Shown here one piece after another: positions 39,971 to 53,259 of a DNA stretch of 64,000 nucleotides. The position numbers and the translations under genes are program-made. The stretch is from Chiloscyllium plagiosum (Eukaryota): NCBI RefSeq assembly GCF_004010195.1, contig NC_057718.1:16191906-16255905 (forward strand), read 5' to 3'. The notes beneath the pieces are model-generated. The model saw only the letters and a list, made by a program, of their open reading frames with translations, was not told the DNA's origin and made no database searches. Position 1 is the first letter of the stretch. The number at the start of each line of letters is the position of its first letter.

Positions 39971-40974
39971 CCCTAAAAGTATGTGCCAGGTAAAGTTAAA
40001 ATTCAGATCAGTCTCACCAGCTATCAAGAAACCAGTACAGGTATTTTCTAATCAGCCAGTTCAGAAATGTTATGACACACCTGCGGAGGAGGTAGGACTT
40101 GAACCCTGGTCTCCTGGCTCAGAAGAAGGGACATTACCCTAGTGCCACATGAGCGCTAAGAAATCAATATAATGTTACTCAACAATATGCATTTAAGAGA
40201 ATAGGTATCAAATATTCTACCAAATCAATCGCCAGGAATCACTTAATCTCATAAACTTCATCTAGATATTGTTAGGTGCATAGTTCATAAGATTTCTTTT
40301 TTAACTGGACTGAGCAATGAAGCAGCGAATACTTCTCAAATCCTGGGACTTCACAGATGATAAAATCTCTGAATTATCTTTGAGACATAGAATTGATTCA
40401 AATTTCACTTTGGAGCTATTTGCATAAAATTATCAACTTCGTCCTTTTTTTTAAGCAGGATATGCAATGCACTTACTTGGAAATTAGAGGCCACCCTCTT
40501 GTTGGGTGATGTCCATATTCCTTCTCCATTTCATTAAAACCCAAAAATAATACAAAAATAAGTATCCACACCAGACAAAAATAATTCTAATTTTTCACCA
40601 GTCATGTCAGCAGTCTTTTTTTGGTGCATTTCCTGATAGCCAAGGTCCAGACTTAGAGGAGGCTCAATGGAAATCAGTAGGTTTTTTTGTGTGAAGGGAA
40701 CATAAATAACCATCTTTTTACAAAAGATAAATCCAATCTATTTTCATTCATTGCAAGTTAAAAAGATGTGCAAAATTTCCTGCCATCAGGAGATCCTTCT
40801 TTAATAATTTGTTCTCTGGATGTGTGGAATACTGGTAAAACTTTTTTTTAGCCTATGTTTGCCCTGACTGCATGTAGTCACATGGGGATTAGTTGGTGTG
40901 ACAGTTTCCCTTCCTTGGGAAATTTCTTTTTGCCATTCCATATATTATTAGATTTCTTCCTTTAGAAATTTAGA

Positions 40975-41245
40975 AGTTTCATTTATATGACATCTTTCAG
41001 AATCTTAAATACATTGCAAAATGCTTTCTAGTCAATGAAGAACTTTTAGACTTTAGTCATTATTGTGATATCGAAAACATAAAAAACAGATTTTTGTGTA
41101 TCAGTGTGATGATGATACCCAGGTAGTTTTCTACAGTGAAGTTGATTTAGGCCTAGATATTGTCCAAGACATCATCTTTGAATAGTGCCATGGTATCTTT
41201 AACACTTACGTGAAAGGACAAGCTGTGTCTAGAGACTTCTGACTT
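40975..41245 (-). mobile_element. Decayed SacSINE-like DeuSINE
   Basis: caatgaagaactttt..tagtgccatggtatcttt Deu-domain remnant. Confidence 0.55.
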
Positions 41246-42617
41246 AATGGCCGGGATTTAGTATGGGGATGGGTGTCTCTCTCATTGTATAGAAATTTAG
41301 TGGGAACCTTGCATTGTTTATGTTGAAAAAAGCCCAAATTAATTAAGTGACTCTCAGACACTTAACTGGAGAATGTTGGGGACTTTCCCCAAATCTACGA
41401 ACAGAGGGATGGAAATCAAATTAGAGGCTGACAGCTCTCTGTTGAAGCATCACCATAAAGTTCAATGACTACTGCCTATATTGCTTTGAGTAACAGCTGT
41501 TGGATCTTAATACACAGGTGATGGTAGGTTGGGGGAGAGAGTGGTGAGCAGTAGCTACTGGTGGAGTATTGAGTGAGAAACTGCAACTTCAGAATATCTG
41601 CATGAGCTACATCCTAAAGTTGATACTGTCTTCAGAGTATGCTGGCCCAATATAAAATCTAGACTATGGCCCATCTGTACTCCTTTGGATAATTAATTAG
41701 TATTCTGTATCTTACATTTGCCTTACAATGACACTTTGCCATATTATTATGGTTAATGTTGCATATGCAGAGTTTCACCTAAACAAAGATTAAATAGTAT
41801 GGGCATAGCTAATTAGAATGGCATGAACCTAGATTGTAAGACACTAAATCAATCATCAGTAATAATTCAGAAGTTGTGGTTTCATACTGTGGCAAGTTTT
41901 AAAACTACATTGAATGTCAGCCTTCATTTATTACTATCACTCATTCGGCAGAGTTTAATCCATTCCATCATGTTATAGCAGTGGCCCAGTTAATTGGAAG
42001 AGAGGCTGCATGTCAGTTTGCCAGCAGCAGAAAACTTCCAGTATTTGAATCAGTATGAAGGGGCCAATGTCAGAAATGCATCCACTGTGGAGATATGTCA
42101 GTCAGGCTTATTAATGAGTCAGTTGACATCAGTTACCTGAGCTTTACTGTGAAACCAGTCTACTTGGGAGCGGGTGGTATTGCTCATCAACGGGCACTCT
42201 GCACTCAATCAAGAATCATAGCATCAGGAAGGAGGGGACTGTGAAAGGCCACCCCACTTAGGCCCTGGTCCTTTCCCTCCCACAATCCAACTCACGCGTG
42301 ACCTTGGGTCCAACAGCTGTAACAACATTTTATGAGGAAAATTTCCAAGAGGCAATTCAGGAAGGGTTACTTTGCATAACGGGTCATGGCAAGGTAGAAC
42401 CTGTTTCTGTGGGAGTAGTTGAAATAAACACTATAGATTCATTTAAGGCAAGGTTGGACAAACATAGGGAAGAAGGAATGATAGATTGGGGTGAAAGGAT
42501 GAGATGAAATGTGAGTGGCTTGGACTTGTTGGATCAAATGTCCTGTGTCTGTAATGAATATCCTACAAAGTTAGCTTTTGATATTTTGATGTTTGGAAAA
42601 TAAGAAAGAAAGGAAGA

Positions 42618-42810
42618 TGCAGAAATTGCTGGAGAAACTCAGCAGGTCTGACAGCCTCTGTGGAAAGAAAGCAGAATTAACATTTCAAATCTACTTTTCA
42701 GAGGTTACTGGACCCGAAATGTGAGATTTTCTTTCTCTCCACAGATGCTGCCAGATCTGCTGCGTTTCTCCAGCAGTTACTGCTTTTGTTTCAGATTTCA
42801 GCATCCAGTA
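42618..42810. mobile_element. Palindromic PLE-derived mini element
   Basis: gctggagaaactcagcaggtctg is inverted relative to cagatctgctgcgtttctccagc. Confidence 0.72.
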
Positions 42811-42934
42811 ACTTGTCTCCAGTATTTTCTTCCTCTTCAAATTTATTTTGAATATTTTTAGTTAATTAGGGAAATGCTTCCTGAATTATTAAAACATACC
42901 TAAGAGCAGTTTACTTCTGTCTGTGAAGGAGAAT

Positions 42935-44982
42935 AGTGTTGCAGCACAGTATAGACCCTTCGGCCCTCAATGTTGCGCCGAACTGTGAAAATAATCTGAT
43001 GCCCGTCTAACTTACGCCGTTCCATTATTATCCATATGTATGTCCAATGCCCATTTAAATGCCCTTAACGTCGACTACTGTTGCAGAAAGGCCGTTCCAA
43101 GCCCCTACTACTTTCTGAGTGAAGAAACTACCCCTAATATCTGTCCTAAGTCTATCACCCCTCAATTTAAAGCTATGTCCCATCAGGTTGGCCTTTGCCA
43201 TTTGAGGAAAAAGGCTCTCACTGTCCACCCTATCTAATCCTCTGATTATCTATGTATCTCGATTAAGTCACCTCTCAACTTTCTTCTCTCCAACGATATA
43301 ACAGCCTCAGTTCCCTCAGCCTTTCCTCGTAAGACCTTCCTTCTATACCAGGCATCCTCCTAGTAAATCACCTCTGAACCCTTTCCAAAGCTTCCACATC
43401 CTTCCTACAATGCGGTGACCAGAACTGCATGCAATACTCCAGGTGTGGCCTTACCAATGTCTTGTACAGCTAAAGCATGACCTTGTGGCTCTGAAACTCA
43501 GTCCCTCTACCAATAAAAACCAACACACCAGATGCTTTCTGAACGACCCTATCAATCTGGGTGGCAACTTTCAGAGATTTATGCACCAGGACACCGAGAT
43601 CTCTCTGTTCATCTGCACTGCCAAGGATTTTGCAGATAACCGAATACTCTGCATTCCTGTTACTTTTTCTGAACTACCTTGCACGTTTCCGCATTAAACT
43701 CCATTTGCCACTTCTCAGCTCAGCTCAGCATCTTATCACTGTCCCTCTGTAATCCACCAACATCCTTTAGTACTGTCCACAACTCTGCCTACCTTAGTGT
43801 CATCCGCAAATTTACTAACCCATCCTTCTATGCCCACGTCCAGATCATTTATAAAAATGATAAACAGATCCTTGTGGCATACTACTGGCAACTGAGCTCC
43901 AGGCTGAATATTTCCCATCAACCACCATGTCTTCTTTCAGCTAGCCAATTTCTGATCCAAACTGCTAAATCACATACTTATCAAGGACCCACAATAGGTG
44001 TTCCTTGAAAAAGCTGTACATTTCAGTTGTATCCATCCCCTGCAGTTTCCTTCCCCATCCTATGCATCCTAACTCTTGCCTAATAAGATCATAATTGCTT
44101 TTCCCCCAGTTGTGCCTCTTTCTCTGTGGTATAATCCTATCCCTGCTATTGTAAACATATATGAATTATGGTCACCTTCGCCAAAATGCTCACCTACCTC
44201 CAAATCTTAACACCTGGCAGTTTTCATTCCCCAGTACCAAATCCAATATGGCATTTCCCATTGTTGGCCTGTCTCCATACTGTGTCAGAAAACCCTCCTG
44301 CTTACATTGAACAAAAACTGACCCATCTAATCTACTTGAACAATAGTATATCCAGTCAATATTGGAGAAGTTAAAGTCCCCCATAACAACTACCCTGTTA
44401 CTCTCGGTCCTGTTGAGAATGATCTTTGCTATCCTTTCCTCTACATCCCTGGAATAATTCGGAGGCCTATGGAAAACTCCCAACAGGGTGACCTCTCCTT
44501 TCCTGTTTCTGACCTCAGTGGATGAGTCGTCAAACGTTCTCTCAGCTGCTGTAATACTACTCTTGATTAACAATGCCACACTTTTCCTCCTCCTCCTGCT
44601 TCTCTCTCTCCCTCTGTCTCTCTTCACCCCCCAAACAACCCCACCCCCCCACCATCATTTCTGTTCTTGCTGAAGCATCTAAATCCTGGAATCTGCAACA
44701 ACCATTCCTGTCCCTCCTCTAGCCATTTCTCTGAAATGGCCACAACATCAAAATCCCAACTACCAACCCATGCTGCAAGTTCACCCACCTTATTCTGAAT
44801 GCTCCTGGCATTGAAGTACACATATTTCAAACCAACATCCTGACTGCCAATGTCCTCTCGCGACTTTGTAAACCTATCCCTGACCTCACTACTCTCAAAT
44901 TCCTGTACTGTGGAACAACAATTCAGGTCCCCATCCCCCTGCTGCATTAGTTTAAACCCTTCTGAAGAGCATTAGCAAGCTT
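42935..44982 (-). mobile_element. CR1 LINE with internal deletions (APE endonuclease to 3' end)
   Basis: YFNARSI..VVAISE.W, VVMGDFNF, AILDLVLGN and KFADDTK motifs. Confidence 0.88.
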
Positions 44983-47900
44983 GATCTCTGAGTAGAAATG
45001 AAAATTGGCATGGAATGAAGTCCAAATACAATCTCCGAATAATTGCAGGGTTTATCTGGAGAGGAATTGTTATGATTGTGACTTGACTTATAAGAGTTTT
45101 TCTTGAGTTAGTTCTCTTCTATCTTAATTTCAGGTATGTTTGGCTTTAAATTTTAACACCACTTGTTTCGATGAATCCAAATTCCAAATGCTTAGATTGT
45201 GGCCCAAATCTTCTGATCTGGATTGGTATCCCCATTTTACATAACCCAGATTTCACAAGATGTTATATACATGCCTTCCTTTGGTTTTTTGGATCTGTCT
45301 TCTGAACCCTGAACCTTCTTAACTCAACAGTGTAGCAATTTTCATAGGTATCAATGTGGCAAAGTCTTTGAGGAAGATTTACTGCTTTTCACGGCTCTAG
45401 TTGCTGTAATCTGTGAACTAATATGTATAACTATTAATATGGCATGTCTAGGTCCATGTCTTCAGTAGCCTTGATGTAGGATAAGCTTTTAGTAACATGC
45501 CCAGAAGATCAACCAAAAATAGGTCTGTCTTTAAATTAATAACTACAGGAATTGGGACCTCCATAGGTATGTGTTGTGTGTTATGGAACACTTCAAGTTT
45601 AATCTTATTTACAGGCATATGTAAGATGTTGTGTTACAGATGTAGTTCCATTGGTCACTCTTCTTAGCTTTAAGCAAAACACACTTTATTCTAGCAGTTG
45701 TTGTGGGTATGTTCGCTGAGCTGGGAATTTGGTCTGCAGATGTTTTCATCCCCTTTCTAATTGACATCCTCAGTGCTGTGGAGCCTCCTGTGAAGCACTG
45801 CTGAACTGGATTGGTTGGAATTTATTTGATTTTGTTCCTGTTGCTTCCAATTGCCAGTTCCGGTTGTTTGTTACAATGGTCAATATATTGGGTCCAGGTT
45901 AATGTGTTTACTGATGGAGTGCCAAGCCTCTAGGAATTTTCTGGCTGTCCAATGTTTGGCTTGTCCCAGTCAAATTTCTGGTCCTTGTTGTCTGTGTGTG
46001 TAGATACTTAGGATAGCTGATCATGGGATTTAGTGGCTAGTTGATGTTCATGAATGCACACAACAGACGACACAGGTATGGACAAGAAATCACGTGCCAA
46101 AATCATTAATTTCAAAAGTGACCAAACAAGTAGATTGTAACAATCAAGCAGGCCATCACAATAAGATGGGACAGAACCACAAACAAAAAAAAAAGGCACT
46201 ACAAGACAAAATGACTAAACTAATCAGAAGAAGACAACATGACAGACACCTGGGTTAGAAACCTCTCCACAGACAGGTCACAGACACAGAAAAAGTGGTA
46301 CAAGTTAAGCTACTCAATTACAATCACAGGGATGCAGGACAAACAGACTTCCTAGCTGCATTAGAATGTACGCTCAGAACAAACGGACTAACCAAAGAGA
46401 GACAGCAAACGGTCAGACAAACCATTGTACCCTTACTAACATAGAAAACACAGACAAACAACCTTAACACGAAGGAGAGAGAAGCTCTAAAAACAATCAA
46501 AAATGACAAAATCATATTCATAGTACCAGCGGATTAAGGCAGAATGACAGTAATCATGAACCAAGTGGACTACATTCAAAAAGCAGAGGAACTATTTGCA
46601 GATACCGACACTTACCTACAGAGGGAGTGTGACCCCATGTCACAGTTAACCAATAGAATAAACAACACACTATGGAACCTACACAAAAGTAGACTGATAA
46701 CCAAGACAGACCGACAAAAGATAAAACCAGAAGGCACCAACACCCCATGATCTTACGGATTACCTAAGGTATGTAAACCAGACATACCACTTAAACCCAT
46801 TAGGCATTTCCAGGAACTCCATCACATATACTGGCAAAAGAACATCAACAAAAACTCAAACATCTAATCAGCAGATCCAAACACTGCATACAATCATCAC
46901 AGGGATTCCAAGACAATATCAAGAACATAAGCATAGACAAGGATAAAATTATGTTCTCATTCAATGTAATGGCACTGTTTACCTCGATTGACAAAACCTT
47001 AGTCAAAAAGACAATAGCCAACCTCTTGGACAAACAGAACAAATGACATGACGTGGAACCAATCAACCAGGGTGGCATACTCAAACTACTGGACCTGTGC
47101 TTGACGGCGCACTTCATATTCAACAACCAGATATATGAACAAATCAATGGACAGCTATGGGCTTACCCATCTGTGGGATCATAGCAAAAGCAGTGATGCA
47201 AAGACTAGAACAAACAGCCCTCCCAAAAATCCGATTCAAGCTTTGGATCAGATATGTGGAAAACATTTGTAGTAATTAAAAGAACAGAGATTGAGAACGC
47301 ACATCAGATTATCAACACCGTGCTGACAGGGATAGAATTTACGAGAGAGGAGGAAATTAACAAGCCGCTCCCATTCCTGGATAGGATGGTAGAAAGAACA
47401 CAGAACAGGGAATGCACAACAAAAGTGTACAGAAAAGTCACATACATGGATCAGATTCTGAATTATAAGAGTAACCACCCAACACACACAAGAAAAGCTG
47501 CATTAAGACCCTGTTCAAAAGGGCTATAATACACTGCAGTAGTCCTGACCTGCAAAGACAGGAAGAAGTACACCTCTACAAAGTCTTTGTCATGAATGGG
47601 TATCCCCGCAACTTCATCTGCAGATGCTTGGCAGACAAACAATGCAACGAGGACATGCCACAACCCAATACACTAACTACTCTACCTTATGTGATAAAAA
47701 ACTGTGAACAGACAGCCAGACCCCTCCAACCACTCGGATTTATGACACCACATAAACCAAGAGCCACGCTCAGACGACAACCCACCAGAACAAAATATCC
47801 AATACCCATCATGCACAGGACAAACATGGTATGCAAGATTCCATGCTGAGACTGCACAAAACACTGTACAGGCCAAACTGGCAGACAACTAGCCATCTGC

Positions 47901-48233
47901 ATTCATGCATGTCAACTAGCCATTAAACGTCATGACCAGCTATCCTTAGTATCTATACACACAGACGACAATACAACAATAATAGGACAGGGTAAACAGA
48001 GGACGACCAAAGAATTCCTAGAAGCTTGGCACTCATCCAGGGACTCCATCAATAAACATATTGACCTAGATCCAATATACCAACCATTGCAACATTCAAC
48101 CGGAAGCAGCAGGAACCAAATAAATTCCAACCAACACAGTACAGCAGCTCCTCGGCACTGACGATGTCGCCTAGAAAGGGGACAAACATCAGCAAACCAG
48201 ATTCCTAACTTAACGAACATACCCACAATAACT

Positions 48234-50283
48234 ATCTCTCCTACACTGACCTCAGCATGTGCTTGTTTTGTCTGTTTTTCTCCCTTTTAAAACTGCTGTT
48301 GTTTTGACATTTTTTTTCCCAAAGTTCCAAAACAATGCAACAGCATATAAAACAGTAATTGTTGCTCCTGGAATTTGAGGAAATCACCTCCAGCACCTAA
48401 AATACCTCAAAAACGGAGCAGCTGTTACAGCCAGAAATTTTTCCCGTCCTCCATGTTGAATTAGATAGATCGAGTGAATCCTTAGAAGAGTATAAAGGCA
48501 TAGGAGTATACTGAAGAGGGAAATCAGAAGGGCAAAAAGGGGACATGAGATATCTTTGGCAAATAGAATTAAGGAGAATCCAAAGGGTTTTTACAAATAC
48601 ATTAAGGACAAAAGGGTAACTAGGGAGAGAATAGGGCCCCTCAAAGATTAGCAAGGCAGCTTTTGTGTGGAGCCGCAGAAAATGGGGCAGATACTAAACG
48701 AGTATTTTGCATCAGTATTTACTGTGGAAAAGGATATGGAAAATATAGAATGTAGGGAAATAGATGGTGACACCTTGCAATATGTCCGTATTACAGAGGA
48801 CGAAGTGCTGGGTGTCTTGAAACGCATAAAGGTTAATAAATCCTCAGGACCTGATCAGGTGTACCCTAGAACCTTGTGGGACGCTAGAGAAGTGATTGCT
48901 GGGTCTCTTGCTGAGATATTTGTATCATTGATAGTCACAGGTGAGGTGGCGGAAGACTGGAGGTTGGCTAACGTGGTGCCATTTAAGGGTGGTAAGGACA
49001 AGTGAGGGAACTATAGACCAGTGAGCCTGACGTCAGTGGTGGGCAAGTTGTTGGTGGGCAAGTGGAGGGACAGGATGTACATGTATTTGGAAAGGTAAGG
49101 ACTGATTAGGGATAGTCAACATGGATTTGAGTGTGGAAATCATGTCTCACAAACTTGATTGAGTTTTTCAAAGAAATAACAAAGAAGATTGATGAGGGCA
49201 GAGTGGTAGATGTGATCTCGATGGACTTCAGTAAGGCATTTGACAAGGTTCCCCATGGGAGACTGGTAGCAAGATTAGATCTCATGGAATACAGGGAGAA
49301 CTAGCTATTTGAATACAGAACTGGCTCAAATGAGGCAGACAGAGGGTGGTGGTGGAGGGTTGTTTTTCAGACTGGAGGCTGTGACCGGTGGAGTGTCACA
49401 AGGATCAGAGGTACAGTTGGTAAGTTTGCAGATGACACCAAAATTGGAGGTGTAGTGGACAGTGAAGAAGGTTAGGAGAAAGTGAGGACTGCAGATGCTG
49501 GAGATCAGAGCTGAAAATGTGTTGCTGGAAAAGCGCAGCAGGTCAAGGTAGCATCCAAGGAGCAGGAGAATCGACGTTTCGGGCATGAGCCCTTCTTCTG
49601 AGGTAACCTTCAGTGAAGAAGGTTACCTCAGATTACAACAGGATCTGGACCAGATGGGCCAATGGGCCGAGAAGTGGCAGATGGAGTTTAATTCAGATAA
49701 ATGCGAGGTGCATTTTGGGAAAGCAAATCTTAGCAGGACTTATACACTTAATGCTTAGGTCCTAGGGAGTGTTGCTGAATAAAGACACCTTGGAGTGCAG
49801 GTTCATAGCTCCTTGAAAGTGGATTGCCAGGGTTGGAGGATTTGAGCTATAGAAAGAGGCTGAACAGGCTGGGGCTGTTTTCCCTGGAGCGTCGGACGTT
49901 GAGGGGTGACCTTATAAAGGTTTACAAAATTATGAGGGGCATGGATAGGATAAACAGACAAAGTCTTTTCCCTGGGCTCGGGGAGTCCAGAACTAGAGGG
50001 CATAGGTTTAGGGTGAGAGGGGAAAAGATATAAAAGAGACCTAAGGGGCAACTTTTTCACACAAAGGGTGGTACGTGTATGGAATGAGCTGCCAGAGGAA
50101 GTGGTGGGGGCTGGTACAATTGCAACATTTAAGAGGCATTTGGATGGGTATGTGAATAGGAAGGGTTTGGAGGGATATGGGTGGGGTGCTGGCATGTGGG
50201 ACTAGATTGGGTTGGGATATCTGGTCAGCATGGATGGGTTGGACCGAAGGGTCTGTTTCCATGCTGTACATCTGTATGACTCT
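48234..50283 (+). mobile_element. CR1 LINE inserted in the PLE terminus
   Basis: KSSGPDQVYPR, EDWRLANV and MDFSKAFDKVP motifs; TSD ATAACT at 48228-48233 and 50284-50289. Confidence 0.88.
49475..49610 (-). mobile_element. Short Neptune-type PLE terminal fragment in CR1
   Basis: taggagaaagtgaggactgcagatgctgg...gacgtttcgggcatgagccc; 15-bp TSD CAGTGAAGAAGGTTA at 49460-49474 and 49611-49625. Confidence 0.85.
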
Positions 50284-51249
50284 ATAACTGAAACTGGCAC
50301 CCAAGCTACAAATCTTTACACAAACCTTGAACACTTTATTCTTATACCCAGCTAAAATGCAAATGAAAGAAATAAGAATTGGTATAACTAGCTTCATTGG
50401 AAAACTTAACAGTAATAGATTATTTAATTTCTAAACAGCAACTGTTCTAATATAGCAACATTCCATAAGCACATCCTTAGTAAAGGCAAAATCAGTAAAA
50501 TAGATTGTTCTACATGTGTTTCTCCAGTCCAGGAGAAAATAACACTAAGAGAAAATCCTGCAGAGAGAGTGTTCTGGTGTTTTGCTGTGGCTGAGAGAAA
50601 TATATAGCAGCTTCCACAACTAGCTTCAAAACACCAACAACTGAAGGCTAAACTAAATTCCTGGTTCTGTGGGAGCCTGACTCCATCTTTTCATGCTGCT
50701 TCTAGTGTTCTAACTTCTCAAAACAAATCCCAGATCCTCTCAAGCAGTTTACTATATTAGCTTGGAAGAGACAACTTGGCACCTCTGGCTCAAAATCTTT
50801 CTTCAAAATAAAAGGCAGGGCATAAAGCAATGGCATTGTCACATGGGCATCATTTCATTGCAATACTGTTTAGCTTTGAACTTATTTTAAATTTATTTTG
50901 CAAAAGATGATTTATGTTTTCTCAATCTGGTTGAAAATTTGTGGATAAAAATCAGTTTTTTTTCTGTTGGTAGCTTTACTATATTAAAGCAATATTGACT
51001 TACCGTATAAAGTCACTAACTATATTCTCCATGCTTAATGTTGCAGTTTGGAGATGTGAATAACTCTAACTTGATTTCTGAATTTGTCCAATTCCTTTGA
51101 CTAGTTCTTAAACTATTCAGAAAATGGATCATGGAAAATAAAATTATGTTTTATAACTAAACCAATGGAAATATCAACAAGTATTATTAATCGATGTACA
51201 TCTCTATGACTCTAATTAAATTTTAATATTTTTACAAAACTTTATTAAT

Positions 51250-52712
51250 TCATTCAGTGGGGGTGCCATGACTGGCTGGGTCAATATTTGTTGCATAATC
51301 CTAATTGCCCTCAAAAGATGGTGGTGTGTACTGCTTTCTTAAACTGCTGCAATCTCTTTGTTGTAGGTATACCTATAAATGTTGCTAGGGGGAGAGAGTT
51401 CCAGGATTTTGACTCATTTTGATTGCCATGGAATGATGTTTAAATATTATCTCTTGTGGAGATCATCACTGTCTGGCACCGGTGTGGCATGAATACTATT
51501 TGGTTTTCCTCTTCTGACCTTATGATGGAGGGAATATTTTGATAAAGCAGATGAAGATGCTTAAGACTAAGGAGGACTCCTGCTATGATGATAGACTTCA
51601 GCAAACACAGCATTCTTCCTTTGTGCATGCTTTGACTCCAACCGGTAGAGAGTCTCCTCTTCCTCGTCCTTGTCTCCTCTCCCCCACCCGATCCAAAAGA
51701 AATATTATTGTCGATGGCAGGGGTTGAATGACCCTCATAAAAACAAGATTGTGTCTGTGAGCAGGTTATTGCTAAGATTACTGTTGATTAAGGGTAGACT
51801 GATGAGGTGGTAATTGGTTGAATTGAGTTTATCATTTTTTTGTGTACAGAACATACCTGGGCAATTTTCCACATGGTCATTTAGTTGCCAATGTTGTAGC
51901 TGCACTAGAAGGGCTTAGCAACAAGTTCTGGTGCACAAGCCTTCAGTAAGTTTCTCTGTAGGCTGTGCATTGCAGTGAGGGTCTGCACATGTAGATTAAT
52001 GTGGTGATGCCATTTGCAGTTTTGACTTCCATTTGTTGATGTCATGTACATTATAGGGCTATTTGTGTGCTAATCAGCATAAGCAGCATGCGATAGACAG
52101 AGCTAGACAGATGAGGTGTAAGCTCTGTAGTCAAGCTATATCTAATTATGAATGGGTTTGAACAATTAACCTAATTGGAGGAGCAAGCTTCTCCAATGTC
52201 CCCATCTTCGATGATGGGAGAGGCAAGCACATCAGCGCAAAGAGAGAATTTTCATCCAGAAACGGCAAGTGGATGATCAATCTCAGCTTCATCTGGAAGC
52301 CTCCAGCATTACAGATGCCAGTCTTTAGCCAATTCAATTCACTTCATGTATTATAAAGAAACAGCTAAATGCACTGGACAAAGATCAGTGTTCCCGCTAC
52401 CTTTTTTCGTTCTGAGCGGACCTGTGAAGTCCATACATGACATTGATTGGAGTCACATGTAGGCCAGGTCAGGTAAAGGTGACACACTTGCTTCTCTATG
52501 AATGCTGACACCTAAAGAACATTAGTGAGCCAGATGGGTGCTTATGACAATCAATAATGGTCAGCATTAGACTAGCTTTATTAATTCTAGGGTTATATTT
52601 TAATTGATTTCAAGTTTCATCATCTGCCTGGTTGTTGAACCCATGTCACCAGTAAATTAGTCTGGGGACCGTACATTATTAGTCCAATAAAATTACTACT
52701 ATACCACTGCCT
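51250..52712. mobile_element. Decayed LINE fragments and a related SINE (about 52445-52712, minus strand)
   Basis: Same LINE lineage as 22890-23230; SINE core ggagtcacatgtaggcc with tRNA-like head. Confidence 0.6.
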
Positions 52713-53259
52713 CCTCACAATCTGCACCATGTAGGTATCCTCAAGTATTTTTGCTGCTCTTGGTCCTGTACCAGGACATAATCAGGATTGAGGATGGTAG
52801 TGTCTGAGACATTCTGTGACATTTCTCATTCTGCTTATCTTTGGATAGGCTGCAGTAATTCCTATGAGGAAGAAATAACATAAACGAGTAAGAAAGTTTG
52901 TTTTACAAATGATTGAAACTGATTATTAAAGAATTGTTGTGTTGTTTAATAGTAGTGTTTTATTGGGACAGGATTTCTTTTTGGGAGGTGCTTGGTGCAG
53001 TTAATATGTTCTGATTTATTTCGCAGTTAAATGTCCCCCACAAATTCAGTTTACTTTTGTAGTGATGAAAGTGATGGTCAGTGTGTATAATTTACTGGAG
53101 TATAGACCTTTATCTTTGCTTCATTGATAAAATGCCCCAAAGATTTTCATATTGGACAATTAGGATGTCAAGTTTCTTGATTTTGTTCACTCATTTTCAG
53201 CTTGCATAGCATCAAAATAACATCACTTCTCTTGAAAACCAATTTAGATCTCAATGTTA

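Larger units (their letters stand above)
45693..50330 (+). mobile_element. Near full-length decayed Penelope/Poseidon-type PLE with an inverted 5' arm
   Basis: YGLPKV.K...PL.PI, SFNV.ALFTSI, QING..MG.P, RYV, LPFLD, NGYP and CKIPC..C..TGQTGR motifs. 45695-46057 is inverted relative to about 47897-48232. TSD ACACTTTATTCT at 45681-45692 and 50331-50342. Confidence 0.9.
45579..50843 (-). repeat. Solo LTR of the Gmr1-like family, split by a PLE (45579-45692 and 50331-50843)
   Basis: TGTTATGG...TTGTCACA, homologous to 10141-10780. Confidence 0.75.
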
